Below, piece after piece: positions 17,760-27,737 of a DNA stretch of 46,073 bases. Positions within the stretch are counted from its first letter, which is position 1, and the number at the start of each line of letters is the position of its first letter. The notes beneath the pieces were generated by a model. The model searched no databases. It saw nothing but the letters and a program-made list of their open reading frames with translations, and was not told the DNA's origin. The DNA comes from Lentisphaeria bacterium (GTDB lineage: Bacteria; Verrucomicrobiota; Lentisphaeria; JABSQK01; JAWLHB01), in the NCBI GenBank assembly GCA_041690595.1, contig JAWLHB010000056.1:1-46073 (forward strand), written 5' to 3'. Made by a program: the position numbers and the translations under genes.

Positions 17760-18373
17760 GTCTCCATCAGAATCGCAGCATCAAGCTTCTCTTCATTGAA
17801 GACAATGACGAAGATGTCGTCCTCTTTCGCGAGATCATGGGCGGCCGGCAGCATCCGGACATCATCTTCGACCGCGTGCCCAGCCTGGCGGACGCCATCG
17901 CCTTTCTGCGGGAGTACACGCCGGACCTCATCCTATTGGACCTCAACCTGCCGGACAGTCGCGGCATCCGCACCTTCGAGAAGTTGTTCGAGCATGCCAC
18001 TCAGGCCATCATCGTGCTCTCCGGCCTCAACGACGAGGAGCTGGCCATCGAAGCCGTCCACAAGGGCGCGCAGGATTACCTCGTCAAGTGGGAAGCCGAC
18101 CGAAAGACCCTCACCCGTTCCATCCTTTATGCCATCGAACGGCATCGCCTCCTCAAGGAGCTGGAAGCCGCCCAACGGGAGATCCAGTCTCTGCGCAACC
18201 TCATCCCCATCTGCGCCTACTGCAAGCGGGTCCGCCATGACGATGGCTACTGGCAGCATCTGGAAAGCTATCTCAGCCAGGTCAGCAACATCGACTTCTC
18301 GCACGGTATCTGCCCCGATTGCTACACGAAGCTCGAATCCGATGACATGGACGGCGCCCAGATGCCATCGTGA
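17756..18373 (+). CDS. Response regulator with a C-terminal Cys-rich putative zinc-binding domain
   Basis: Receiver motifs IEDNDED, LLDLNLPD and GAQDYLVK; tail IPICAYCKRVR...W...SHGICPDC; ATGA overlap with the kinase. Confidence 0.9.
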   Translation: MSLHQNRSIKLLFIEDNDEDVVLFREIMGGRQHPDIIFDRVPSLADAIAFLREYTPDLILLDLNLPDSRGIRTFEKLFEHATQAIIVLSGLNDEELAIEAVHKGAQDYLVKWEADRKTLTRSILYAIERHRLLKELEAAQREIQSLRNLIPICAYCKRVRHDDGYWQHLESYLSQVSNIDFSHGICPDCYTKLESDDMDGAQMPS

Positions 18374-18460
18374 GCTTTCGGCGATCCGATGGAAAGCCGC
18401 TGTCGGTGAGCTTGAAGCACGCCGCATTGCGCGTACATTGCACGCAGCAAGGAGCACAGG

Positions 18461-19489
18461 ATGGGCCGAAGTGGAAAGCGCATAGGGTTGAAGATGATCG
18501 CGGAGAAGGCCGGCGTCTCCATGGCGACGGTGTCGCTTGCCTTGTCGGATCATCCCAACGTCAACGCGGAAACCAAACAGCGGATCATGCGGCTTTCCCG
18601 GGAGCTCGGCTACGTCACCACCCGCGACTTGAACATGCGCAAGGCCAGGCGGAAGGTCAAGCGTCTCGGCTTCGTAGCCATCGGCACGTCGCTGCACAGT
18701 GGTCATCGAGGCTTTCTCGAACCACTGGAGAGGGAAGCAGAGCAATATGGCATGCAGGTCGAGGCCATTTCGATGCCCTCCCAGGATCCCGATGAAGTGC
18801 TCCAGCAACTGCTGACCTTCGGCAAGACCGTTGACGGCCTGCTCGTCACCGACAATGTCAACAGCGCCCTGCTGCAAGCCCTCGATGTTCTGGAACGGCC
18901 CGTGCTGGCCTTTGGGCACACCAAGGATCGCGATGATGAAGCGCTCTCTCTGGAGCATGTGCGCATTCTTGCTCCGGACGAGACAGCGGTAACTCGCTGC
19001 GCAACGGCCTGGCTCTACCGTCGAGGCCGTCGCCAGGTGGCTTTTGCCGCACCGCAACTCCCGGGAGGCGGCAGCGACGACCGCCAGTTCGACGGCTGGC
19101 GATTGGCCTCTCTCGATGCCGGTCATGCCCCCGTGGCGGAGGATATCTACATCGCCGGCACGGCATCAGCTTCCATTGACATCGCCGACTTCTTCCTGCG
19201 CCGCACCAGCCTGCCGGATGCCTATTACGTGACCGACGTTCGTCTCGCGCGACACCTTATCGATGCCCTGTCGGCGCGTGGGGTCGCTCTCTCGCCGGAG
19301 CAGGTTGTTTTTCACGGGCCTCGTTCCTACATCCTGGAAGCCGGGCTCGGCCATCACCCCCATATCGAGCTTGATTTCGAGAAGATGGCGCGCACTGCCG
19401 CCGCCATCATGGCCCGCCCGGACCGCCGTGTCCTGGAGGAGGGGATCCGCATCCTCTATCCACTCCCCATGAACAACTTCACCGACTGA
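18461..19489 (+). CDS. LacI-family transcriptional regulator
   Basis: LKMIAEKAGVSMATVSLALSD...V..ETK.RI...ELGY, followed by a periplasmic-binding-protein-like domain. Confidence 0.88.
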   Translation: MGRSGKRIGLKMIAEKAGVSMATVSLALSDHPNVNAETKQRIMRLSRELGYVTTRDLNMRKARRKVKRLGFVAIGTSLHSGHRGFLEPLEREAEQYGMQVEAISMPSQDPDEVLQQLLTFGKTVDGLLVTDNVNSALLQALDVLERPVLAFGHTKDRDDEALSLEHVRILAPDETAVTRCATAWLYRRGRRQVAFAAPQLPGGGSDDRQFDGWRLASLDAGHAPVAEDIYIAGTASASIDIADFFLRRTSLPDAYYVTDVRLARHLIDALSARGVALSPEQVVFHGPRSYILEAGLGHHPHIELDFEKMARTAAAIMARPDRRVLEEGIRILYPLPMNNFTD

Positions 19490-19511
19490 CGGCGATTTCG
19501 CCTGGGGCGCT

Positions 19512-21755
19512 TCACGGCACAACCGTGACACCGGAAGAGGTGCGCTCGATGGTGAGTGTCCGTCCGTCGGGCAGTTCGAGCTTGGCGGTGCGGCCGACGT
19601 CGAGCAGGTCGAGCACGGGGTCGAGATCGATACCGTCCGGCCGCCAGCGGGCGTTCCAGAGGTGAGCTTCGTGCCAGCTAAAGTTCTCGGGAACCTTGAC
19701 CTGCCCATAGCTGCTCTTGAGGCTTCCGAGGCGCTCATAGGTGCGCTCGAAGGTGGCCTGCCAACCGCGCGCATAACGGGGATCGCCGGTAAGCCGGGTG
19801 GCCCACAGGAGGGTGCGGGCGTTGTAATCGAGCTGAACGTCGCCGGATGGGTGCTTGACGACGGGCTGATCCGGAAGACGAGCGGCATAGGGAGGACCTT
19901 CATTCTCGCCCCAGGCTGCCTCATAGGGCCAGTAGAGGCCATTGTCATCTTCCTGGAGCATGGTCAGGAGCCAGTCGGCGCAACGCACCACCGCTTTCGC
20001 CACGACCTCGTCGTTGGGAGCACGCTCCAGATAGTCGACCATGACTTCGGAGAGGATCGAGTTCATCCATGGCTTGATGATCTCGTTGCTGTGGCCATGG
20101 GCTTCGGCCGTGCCGCCCTGATCGGCATGGGAGCCATCGGCGCGCTGGCATTGCGCAACCCGTCGGCATGCTTCACCGGCGCGGCGCAGGTAATGACTTT
20201 CACCCGTCACATCATAGAGCCTCGTCAGGCTGCGAATATAGGCGGCATCGCGGCCGAAGGTGCGCCGGGGCCAGTTGGAGCGATCGAGCAGGTAGGCGGC
20301 TTCGGCCAGGGACTCGGCCATGCGCAGCAGGTAGGGATCGCCTTCTTCGAGATAAGCTGCCAGCATACCCAGATTGCGGCACAGCACCGGCCCCGTGGAG
20401 TGGAGCCGCTGATACCAGATGCGGATCGAAAAATCGGTGTGGTCGATACCGATATCCGCCAGCGCGTAGGCGTGATGCAGCGCCGCCCGATAGAAGTCGC
20501 CATCACCGGCACGATAGGCGTGGAGCATCAGGGCGTGCGCGAACTCGCCATCCCAGAAGGCCGACTTCTGGTAGAATCGATGGCTGACCAGACCGTCGTA
20601 TAGCTTCGCCGTCGGTTCGCGATAGGCTTCAATCCAGCGATCGAGACGGCCACGCGCCGCCAGGGCACCGTCCGGCCACAAGGTTCCGCAATGGGCAATC
20701 CAGCCGAGGGGAGGCAGGTAACGCTGGGTGCGGATGGGTGCATCGGCAAAAGAAAGGTCGAAGCCAAAGCTGCGGGCGATGCCCGACCAGATGCGCCGTT
20801 CGTCCGAGCGCAGTTGATGCAGTTCAGGCGGCTTATACTCGCCGAAGGACATCTCCACGCCAGTGTACGGCTGGAGGATGGCGAAGCCCTCCTCCGCATG
20901 CAGATAGCCGGGATGCTCCGGCCCGTGCAGATCGGCACTGCGGGCCAGATCGAGCTGGATGCCGCCGAGGTCGATATCCCGTTGACTTCCATCGAGGGTC
21001 ATCGCCTGAACGGCCTCTCCGGGCAGATGCAGACCGAGGACCGGCAGGACGTCCGTCAACTCCTGCCCCTTGTCGACCATGCGGTTGTTGAGATGGCGGG
21101 CCGTGATCCGAACCAGGCCGTTGGCAAAGACCAGCAGGTAGAGTTCACCCAGCAGCCAGTTGTGACGATGGAGCCAGTGACCCGTGTTGGTCTTTATCGC
21201 CTCAACAAAGAATTCGTCATCTACCTCCTCGACACCGATATAGCCTGCCGCACGATAAGCGCGGCAGACAGGCCCCGCCCAGAGCTGCTCCAGGCGGACG
21301 AACTGCCACCAGCGCCAGGCATTCTCGTGGCGGAGCCCCATGCGCAAGCCGATTTCCCGGCCATTGGCTGCCACGGACAGTTCGTTGACCTCTCGCATCA
21401 CCAAGCCGGTCTTCTTCCGCGAGACGATCTCCACGTCGAGGCGAGGCCCCTGCCACTCATCCGTCGGCGATACCGGCGGCCCGGGAGCATGCGGAACGAG
21501 TACTCCGCCTGTCGCGAGAGTCGCCCGGGATGGTGCCAGGCCATCTCTAATGCCAAGCAACAACACCTGTCGTGGGGCACCGGGGCCATCGCTGCCGGGA
21601 TAGTAAGCCAACGGCACGGCCTGCGACCTCATGCCGGCGAAAGCGATGGCGGCATCCGTGTCACGGGGCAGCGGCACCGAGGCCATGAGGATCCGGGCGG
21701 TGGCATCATGATCGAGGGCCTTCAGCGGCGGCAGAATCGTGTCGTGATCATTCAT
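19512..21755 (-). CDS. Hypothetical 747-aa protein with a predicted (alpha/alpha)n barrel C-terminal half, distantly polysaccharide lyase/glycosidase-like
   Basis: Repeated helix-turn motifs YRAGD..FY, YLEEGDPYLL, YDVTGE..YL and LTGDPRY; overlaps the upstream gene end; function is inference. Confidence 0.6.
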   Translation of the reverse strand: MNDHDTILPPLKALDHDATARILMASVPLPRDTDAAIAFAGMRSQAVPLAYYPGSDGPGAPRQVLLLGIRDGLAPSRATLATGGVLVPHAPGPPVSPTDEWQGPRLDVEIVSRKKTGLVMREVNELSVAANGREIGLRMGLRHENAWRWWQFVRLEQLWAGPVCRAYRAAGYIGVEEVDDEFFVEAIKTNTGHWLHRHNWLLGELYLLVFANGLVRITARHLNNRMVDKGQELTDVLPVLGLHLPGEAVQAMTLDGSQRDIDLGGIQLDLARSADLHGPEHPGYLHAEEGFAILQPYTGVEMSFGEYKPPELHQLRSDERRIWSGIARSFGFDLSFADAPIRTQRYLPPLGWIAHCGTLWPDGALAARGRLDRWIEAYREPTAKLYDGLVSHRFYQKSAFWDGEFAHALMLHAYRAGDGDFYRAALHHAYALADIGIDHTDFSIRIWYQRLHSTGPVLCRNLGMLAAYLEEGDPYLLRMAESLAEAAYLLDRSNWPRRTFGRDAAYIRSLTRLYDVTGESHYLRRAGEACRRVAQCQRADGSHADQGGTAEAHGHSNEIIKPWMNSILSEVMVDYLERAPNDEVVAKAVVRCADWLLTMLQEDDNGLYWPYEAAWGENEGPPYAARLPDQPVVKHPSGDVQLDYNARTLLWATRLTGDPRYARGWQATFERTYERLGSLKSSYGQVKVPENFSWHEAHLWNARWRPDGIDLDPVLDLLDVGRTAKLELPDGRTLTIERTSSGVTVVP

Positions 21756-24700
21756 GGGAGTTGAATCCTCGTGGTTGATGATCCCGCGGATTGCCCTCGA
21801 CAGCGGTCAGGTCGCGCAGGTAGATGTCGGGACGCTCCACTGGGGCGTAGCTCTTCATGTGCAGCGTCTTCTCCGGAAGCTCCACGATGATCGCCCGCAC
21901 CGTCAGCGGGTAATCGACAATGCCATCCTGATCATGGCGCCATTGGCTGCTGGCCGGCCATGGATAGCGCTCGCCGGGATAATTGCCCGGCAGCGGGAAT
22001 TCGAGGAAGCGCCAGCCATCGAAGTCGATGCGGCTCAGCCCAAAGACATCGTTAGTGTTCCAGTCGGCCATGGTGACCTTCTTCTGCGAGGTCACGGCTG
22101 CTTCTGGCATCCAATCGAGCATCCAGCGCGTGGGCTCGCCCGCCTGCGGCGCACCGATCGAAGTCCAGCGCTCGCCATTGGCATCGATCAGGTCGAAGAT
22201 GATGCGCCCCTGGCTGGAGTTGCCGTTGACCCAGATACCGATGCCGGTAGGCTGCCCGGGCAGTTCCAACTCGCCATTGCTCATGAGGATGCTGTACATG
22301 GGCATGGCGAGGAGCGGGTTGTCGCTTGACAGGGGCTTTGGGGTGACCTTCAGCACCGCCTGGCGACCCTCGAACTCCGGAACAGCCTCGAAGGAGAAGT
22401 CGCCGTGACGGCGTGGCGCCATGAAGTTATGATAATCGAGAACGGGATCCGGATCGGCCTGGCGGCTCCAGCCGTCGAGGTTTTCCAGCGTGGAAAGGAC
22501 GGTTGCGTTGCCGCTCGGCACAGCCGTATGGAGCGGAGAGCCCGCGACAATCGCGGTGACACGCCCTTCCCCCAGCAGATAGACCGGCGATGGGGACAGC
22601 TCGACCGCGGCGCCACTCTGCCAGTCGGTACTGTTGCCCTGGCCATCGATCAGGCTCCAGGGACCAGCGCCCTCCATGGTCAGGGTGACGGAGCGCGTCC
22701 CCTTCAGGCACCATAGCACATAGGCGTTGCGCCCATCCTGACGGGCAAACTCGACGCCATGGAGGCTGGCGCTTCCCAGTTCCAGAACCCGCGAAAATGC
22801 GGCACCATCGAGAACACGGGTCATGGTGGCCATGGTGACGAAGCTTGGCTTGACGTTGATCTCGGGCGCGGCGTGACAGAGACCGGCCGCACCCCAGTTG
22901 CTGAAGTAGTAGCTGTTGCCCACGTCGGTGATCAGACCGACGCGAATGGTCGGCACCTCCCAGGCCATGCTGTGGATCGCATGGCGAACGAAGTAGTCGG
23001 CCTGAGTGGCCAGGGAAAGATTGCCGGGATTGGTGCTCGGATAAGTGATCTCGTAACATTGAGTGACGGGCTTGTCCCGATAGCCGTAGTGGTCAGCCAT
23101 GACGCGGTCCATCCACAGACTGGCATTGTTGGCCACCCAGTCTGGCGGTTGCGCCTCCGGAGGGCGACCGAAGACACCCGCTTCATTGCCGACGGAGTCG
23201 AAGAGTTCGGCTGGAAACTTGTTTCGGTACAGCTCTTCCTTCTGCGGCAGACCGCCATTGCCAAGGCGCAGGTGGATGTCGAACTTCGCCGCGCGCAGGG
23301 CGGTGGCAGGTTCCACGATGGCGTCCCACAGCTGCTTGAATCGCGCCTGCTCCTGCTCGTCCATCTGGTAGTCGGCACGGTCATGAAAGAGATCCGGAAT
23401 GCGGCTGATGTGAGAGCCGGATATCGCATCTTCATGCCAGAGAAGACCGACGCGATCCGCGTCCGGATTCTTGGCAAACCACTCCTCGATTTTCTCGACG
23501 GTGGAGCCGGACACCTTGGGCTCCGTTCCCTGAACCACGCCCCATTTCCGGCGTGCCTCGGAAGTCGCGCTGAACATCCCGTAGCGAAGACCCGCCTTGC
23601 GATAGAGCGGCCCCAGCAGATCGGCATCATTGGGCGTGAAGTGGCCACCGAAGAAGTCCCAGGTGCCCATCGGCGAGATATCGCGGTGGCGCCGGCTATC
23701 CTCCGGCAGCACGGCAAAGCTGGTGTGCCGGGTCAGCAGCCGATTACCCTCGCCATCGATCAGGTTGATAGCGATCTTGTGATAGCCCAGCTTCTCATAT
23801 GGCACTGACAGCTGCGTTTCGACGGCTTGACCGGCGGGAACCGTACCGCTTGTGCTTGTTTCCGTGCGCGTGCCGTCAAAATGGGTGGCGACTGCCTGCA
23901 GCTGGTAGGCCTGCGCCAATCCGGTGACATTGCTGAGGGCAACCTTAAAGAGCGGCGCCGCGGGCTGCTCGAAGGCATGGCCCGCTTCATCACTGAAGAC
24001 GCGCATCCGCAGCGGACTCTTCTCCAGCGTCATGGCCAAGATCTTGACGCCGCTGGGAAGCCCGGCGGGACGATAGCGAAAACGGGCGGGATCCGGCCGG
24101 CGGCGCGCCAGACGGACTTCCTTGGTGATCTCGATGTCCAGACGTCCCTGGAGATCCTGCGCAAAGGCCAGATCCATGGGAATGCGCACATGATAAAGCA
24201 TGCCGCCAGGCACCGTCACCGCGTGGATCCCGTTGCCGCCGGCGCCCGCCGTGGGCACTTCCGCGGCAAACTCATGCTGAACGGTCTGGCCGGCATAGTT
24301 GAAGAGACCGGCGCGAAGGGTCACCATCGGCACGCTCTCCTCGCTCGCCTCGGCGACCGCGAGAAGATGCGCCGCGACATAGTCGGCGATCGGTACGCGC
24401 ACCATGGGTTGGCGAGGATCACCGACGAACTCGGGTCCGGCATCATAGTTCTCATAGTAGCTGGCGGGATCCTTCGCCATCTCGCGCCACAGCGCCCGAC
24501 TTACGTCCAGTTCCGCCGCGCCCTCCCTGGCCAACTCGAAGGGAACACCCGCGGATTCCAGGCGTGCCTGGCCGACCGGTTGCGCCCGCTGGGCCAGATC
24601 GAGATGCTCCAGACTCACGGGCAGGTAGTCGCTCTCCACGACAAATGGCCGTACCGTCACCTTGCCAATCACATCGTCCTGCATGAATTCCATCACCAGT

Positions 24701-25329
24701 TGTCCTCCGCCATCGAGCGGGAGGGGGGTTGTGCTGAGATGCTCGCCATCGATCCAGAAGCGGAAGCCCCCGCCTCCGACATCCATGCGCAGCGTCGTTG
24801 TGCGCTCTGTAAACCGGCGCGGACCGGCGATCCCCTCGATGGTCGCCGGCTCCTTGCTCTTCGCGTCCGTCGGCCAATAGATGCGGCTCGAGGAGCCGGC
24901 ATTGTCGATCTGCCACTTGCCATCCGCCTCATTCCAGATACTGGGACGAACGAGCAGCCGCCAGCCTTCCTTGTCGCGGTTGAGCGTCATCATGGCGTGG
25001 GCACGACCGACACCAAGCCGCTGCTCCGGATCGGGGGCCAGGATGACACGCATGTGGTGACTCGCACCGAGCCGCAGCGGGACGATCACGGTGTAGTCAC
25101 GACTCTCGGCATCGCCAATGAGAAGCTGCGCATAGTGGCGCTTGACGGTGATGCTGTCCCCCTCCAGCTCGCCGGCCCCGGTAAAGCGCACCGCCATTGG
25201 TGGCTCCGTGTGCACATCGGCGGGTACGACAATCTCTTCCTGTCCCGCGCCCACAAGGCAGAGCCACATGGCAGCCACCCCCAACGCTCGCCTTACTGAC
25301 TTGACTCGCATCTGCGTCTTCATCATCAT
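21748..25329 (-). CDS. Large secreted multidomain protein, putative glycoside hydrolase
   Basis: Signal peptide after an RBS (GAGAGG); beta-sandwich domains; central TIM-barrel-like region with WHED and TQCYE glutamates (clan GH-A-like spacing); C-terminal IDFDGWRFLEFPL CBM-like domain. Confidence 0.6.
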   Translation of the reverse strand: MMMKTQMRVKSVRRALGVAAMWLCLVGAGQEEIVVPADVHTEPPMAVRFTGAGELEGDSITVKRHYAQLLIGDAESRDYTVIVPLRLGASHHMRVILAPDPEQRLGVGRAHAMMTLNRDKEGWRLLVRPSIWNEADGKWQIDNAGSSSRIYWPTDAKSKEPATIEGIAGPRRFTERTTTLRMDVGGGGFRFWIDGEHLSTTPLPLDGGGQLVMEFMQDDVIGKVTVRPFVVESDYLPVSLEHLDLAQRAQPVGQARLESAGVPFELAREGAAELDVSRALWREMAKDPASYYENYDAGPEFVGDPRQPMVRVPIADYVAAHLLAVAEASEESVPMVTLRAGLFNYAGQTVQHEFAAEVPTAGAGGNGIHAVTVPGGMLYHVRIPMDLAFAQDLQGRLDIEITKEVRLARRRPDPARFRYRPAGLPSGVKILAMTLEKSPLRMRVFSDEAGHAFEQPAAPLFKVALSNVTGLAQAYQLQAVATHFDGTRTETSTSGTVPAGQAVETQLSVPYEKLGYHKIAINLIDGEGNRLLTRHTSFAVLPEDSRRHRDISPMGTWDFFGGHFTPNDADLLGPLYRKAGLRYGMFSATSEARRKWGVVQGTEPKVSGSTVEKIEEWFAKNPDADRVGLLWHEDAISGSHISRIPDLFHDRADYQMDEQEQARFKQLWDAIVEPATALRAAKFDIHLRLGNGGLPQKEELYRNKFPAELFDSVGNEAGVFGRPPEAQPPDWVANNASLWMDRVMADHYGYRDKPVTQCYEITYPSTNPGNLSLATQADYFVRHAIHSMAWEVPTIRVGLITDVGNSYYFSNWGAAGLCHAAPEINVKPSFVTMATMTRVLDGAAFSRVLELGSASLHGVEFARQDGRNAYVLWCLKGTRSVTLTMEGAGPWSLIDGQGNSTDWQSGAAVELSPSPVYLLGEGRVTAIVAGSPLHTAVPSGNATVLSTLENLDGWSRQADPDPVLDYHNFMAPRRHGDFSFEAVPEFEGRQAVLKVTPKPLSSDNPLLAMPMYSILMSNGELELPGQPTGIGIWVNGNSSQGRIIFDLIDANGERWTSIGAPQAGEPTRWMLDWMPEAAVTSQKKVTMADWNTNDVFGLSRIDFDGWRFLEFPLPGNYPGERYPWPASSQWRHDQDGIVDYPLTVRAIIVELPEKTLHMKSYAPVERPDIYLRDLTAVEGNPRDHQPRGFNSHE

Positions 25330-25430
25330 GACCTCTCGCTTGCGTTCTCGTTCGTTGCCTCGCAACTCAATATAGACAGCAGGTGCGACAGATCAATGAT
25401 CCGACACTTTAAATTTTAAGCGATTCATTA

Positions 25431-25877
25431 TCAGCCGTTCTTGCTTTCGACAAGGAGGGTGACCGGGCCATCGTTGACGAGGGCGACCTGCATGTCGGCC
25501 CCGAAGCGGCCAGTCGCGACGGTGAGGCCGGTGGCACGCATGGCGGCGACAAAGGCCTCGTAGAGGGGCTCGGAACGATCCGGATGCGCCGCCTCGGTGA
25601 AGCTGGGTCGGCGGCCCTTGCGGCTGTCGCCGTAGAGGGTGAACTGGGAGATCACCAGGATCTGACCGCCGACATCGAGCGCGGAGAGGTTGAATTTGCC
25701 GGCCGCGTCGGTGAAGATGCGGAGGCCGGCACACTTGGGGGCGAGAAAGTCGACATCGGCGATGGTGTCGCCTTCGCGAATGCCAAGCAGGATGAGAAGC
25801 CCGGTACCGATGGCGCCGGCGACTTCGCCGTCGATAGTGACGGACGCTTCGGAAACGCGTTGCAGGAGGGCTCGCAT
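25431..25877 (-). CDS. dtd: D-aminoacyl-tRNA deacylase
   Basis: [34 protein letters not shown]. Confidence 0.95.
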   Translation of the reverse strand: MRALLQRVSEASVTIDGEVAGAIGTGLLILLGIREGDTIADVDFLAPKCAGLRIFTDAAGKFNLSALDVGGQILVISQFTLYGDSRKGRRPSFTEAAHPDRSEPLYEAFVAAMRATGLTVATGRFGADMQVALVNDGPVTLLVESKNG

Positions 25878-25970
25878 GAGATTCGGGAATCGGGGTATCG
25901 AGGTGGACGAAGAAGGTTGAATTCACGATGGGAGGTGGTTACTTTTGCATAGGGAGGCGATAGTGCAAGC

Positions 25971-26315
25971 ATGAGCTACCGATCCATTTATGTCACCACG
26001 TCGAGCGTGGATGAAGCGCGCGAACTGGGCCGTCGCCTGGTCGAGTCGCGCTTGGTTGCCTGTGTCAACATCATCGATGGGATGGAGTCGATCTACCGCT
26101 GGCAGGGCGAGGTGTGCGAGGCACGCGAGGCGATTCTGCTGGCAAAGAGCCGCTCGGAGTTGGTCCCAGCCATCGTTGCCCGTGTCACGGAATGGCACAC
26201 CTACGACTGCCCCTGCATCGTGGCGTTGCCGATCGGCGAAGGGCACGAAGCCTACCTGCAGTGGATCGACGATAACACCCAGCCCGAAAATGCCAACCCT
26301 CCTTCCGCATCATGA
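25971..26315 (+). CDS. cutA: Divalent-cation tolerance protein CutA
   Basis: LVACVNI...SIYRWQG...E...K...H.YDCP.I......YL.WI. Confidence 0.92.
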   Translation: MSYRSIYVTTSSVDEARELGRRLVESRLVACVNIIDGMESIYRWQGEVCEAREAILLAKSRSELVPAIVARVTEWHTYDCPCIVALPIGEGHEAYLQWIDDNTQPENANPPSAS

Positions 26316-26704
26316 GCCATCGCAGCAAATGGGAACGCCGCCTGCGCGAAGTCTTCGATGAGATCGACGACATCCTCGAGGATGAGTACGGTGCAAAGTA
26401 CCCGCTCCATCCGGCCCGGGCACGGCGCGGGCGTACCGCCAACAAAAGCCAGGACGGCCTCTTCAACGTCGGCGCCGCCTATAGCGCCGGCCTCGGCTCC
26501 GAATACGGGGAGGGCTACATTGTGGAGATCCGCCTGGTGACCCTGAGCAAGGTGCCCCGGGAGATTCGCGAGCGCATCGAGGATGAGGTGGTGGAGCTGC
26601 TCAACGAAAAGCTGCCGGAAAGCTTTCCCGATCACGACCTGCGCGTGGAGAGGGATGGGCACCTCTACAAGATCGTCGGCGATCTCAGTCTCGGCTCCCT
26701 GTAG
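26312..26704 (+). CDS. Hypothetical protein (130 aa)
   Basis: ATGA overlap with cutA; coding-like composition; YPLHP.R...G.T.N...DGLF motif. Confidence 0.75.
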   Translation: MSHRSKWERRLREVFDEIDDILEDEYGAKYPLHPARARRGRTANKSQDGLFNVGAAYSAGLGSEYGEGYIVEIRLVTLSKVPREIRERIEDEVVELLNEKLPESFPDHDLRVERDGHLYKIVGDLSLGSL

Positions 26705-26708
26705 GAGA

Positions 26709-27737
26709 TCAGGCGATGATGAGGTCGGTGTTGTCGTAGAGGTCGGCAACGGTGCGACAGCCGAGCAGGAACATGGCGGTCGTGAACTCGTGGCGAAGCC
26801 CTTCGATCACGTCCACCACGGCGTCCGTCGAGATGATGGCTGGACTGAGGAAGGGGGAGGCAACGCCGCAGAGGCTGGCGCCGAGGATGATCGCCTTGGC
26901 CATATCGATGCCGGTGCGAATGCCACCCGAAGCGAAAAGGGTTACGCCGGGCCGATAGGGAGCGAGCAGGCTGAGCGCGAGAGGAGTGGGGATGCCCCAG
27001 TCCTGGAAGCAGAGGCCAAGATCGCCTCCGTTCTCCGGCTGGCGGTGATGCTCGACGCGGCTCCACGACATGCCGCCCGCGCCGGCAACATCCAGATAGC
27101 GAATACCTTGGGCAATCGCCAGCTCGGCATCTGGAGGCGAAAGACCGGCGCCTACCTCTTTCAGCACCACGGGACAGCTCAGCGCCCTCTGGACCTCGCC
27201 AATGTGGGCCGCTAATCCGCGGAAGTTGGTGTCTCCCTCCGGCTGCACGGCTTCCTGTAAAGGATTGAGGTGCAGATAAAGCGCATCGGCCCCCACCACC
27301 TCCACCGCCTCCCGACAATGGCTGGCATCGAAGCCATGGTTGAGCTGCACGGCGCCAAGGTTGGAGAAGAGCAAGGCGTTCGGCGCGTACTGCCGGATGG
27401 CGAAGCTATCGCGAGCTTCGGGACGGGAGAACATGACGCGCTGGGAACCAACGCCGAGGGCGACCCCGGTGCGTTCGGCGGCCTCGGCGAGGTGGCGGTT
27501 GATGGTGCGCAGCAATTCGCTGTCCCCGCCCGTCATCGACGAGATGAGAAGGGGAAAGCTGAGCCGCCTGCCCATCAACCTGACGGCGGGGTCGACCTCC
27601 TCCAGATCCAGCTCGGGCAGGGCCCGGTGCAACAGATGGATCTGGTCGAAATGATGAGCCTGGCGATCGGTGGCGGCATCTTCCCGGATGATGCGGATAT
27701 GCTGGAGCTTGCGATCGTTGGCGAGACTGTCGTCCAT
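26709..27737 (-). CDS. fni: Type 2 isopentenyl-diphosphate delta-isomerase (FMN-dependent)
   Basis: Start MDDSLANDRK..HI overlaps the HMGR stop (TGATG); motifs SMTGG, GSQR, HLNPLQEAVQPEGD, KEVG.G, WGIPT, SGGIR. Confidence 0.93.
   Translation of the reverse strand: MDDSLANDRKLQHIRIIREDAATDRQAHHFDQIHLLHRALPELDLEEVDPAVRLMGRRLSFPLLISSMTGGDSELLRTINRHLAEAAERTGVALGVGSQRVMFSRPEARDSFAIRQYAPNALLFSNLGAVQLNHGFDASHCREAVEVVGADALYLHLNPLQEAVQPEGDTNFRGLAAHIGEVQRALSCPVVLKEVGAGLSPPDAELAIAQGIRYLDVAGAGGMSWSRVEHHRQPENGGDLGLCFQDWGIPTPLALSLLAPYRPGVTLFASGGIRTGIDMAKAIILGASLCGVASPFLSPAIISTDAVVDVIEGLRHEFTTAMFLLGCRTVADLYDNTDLIIA

Noticed and set aside
25971..26315. cutA as part of the copper efflux system
   Set aside because: It is on the opposite strand and separated by isoprenoid genes, and the role of CutA in copper tolerance is doubtful.
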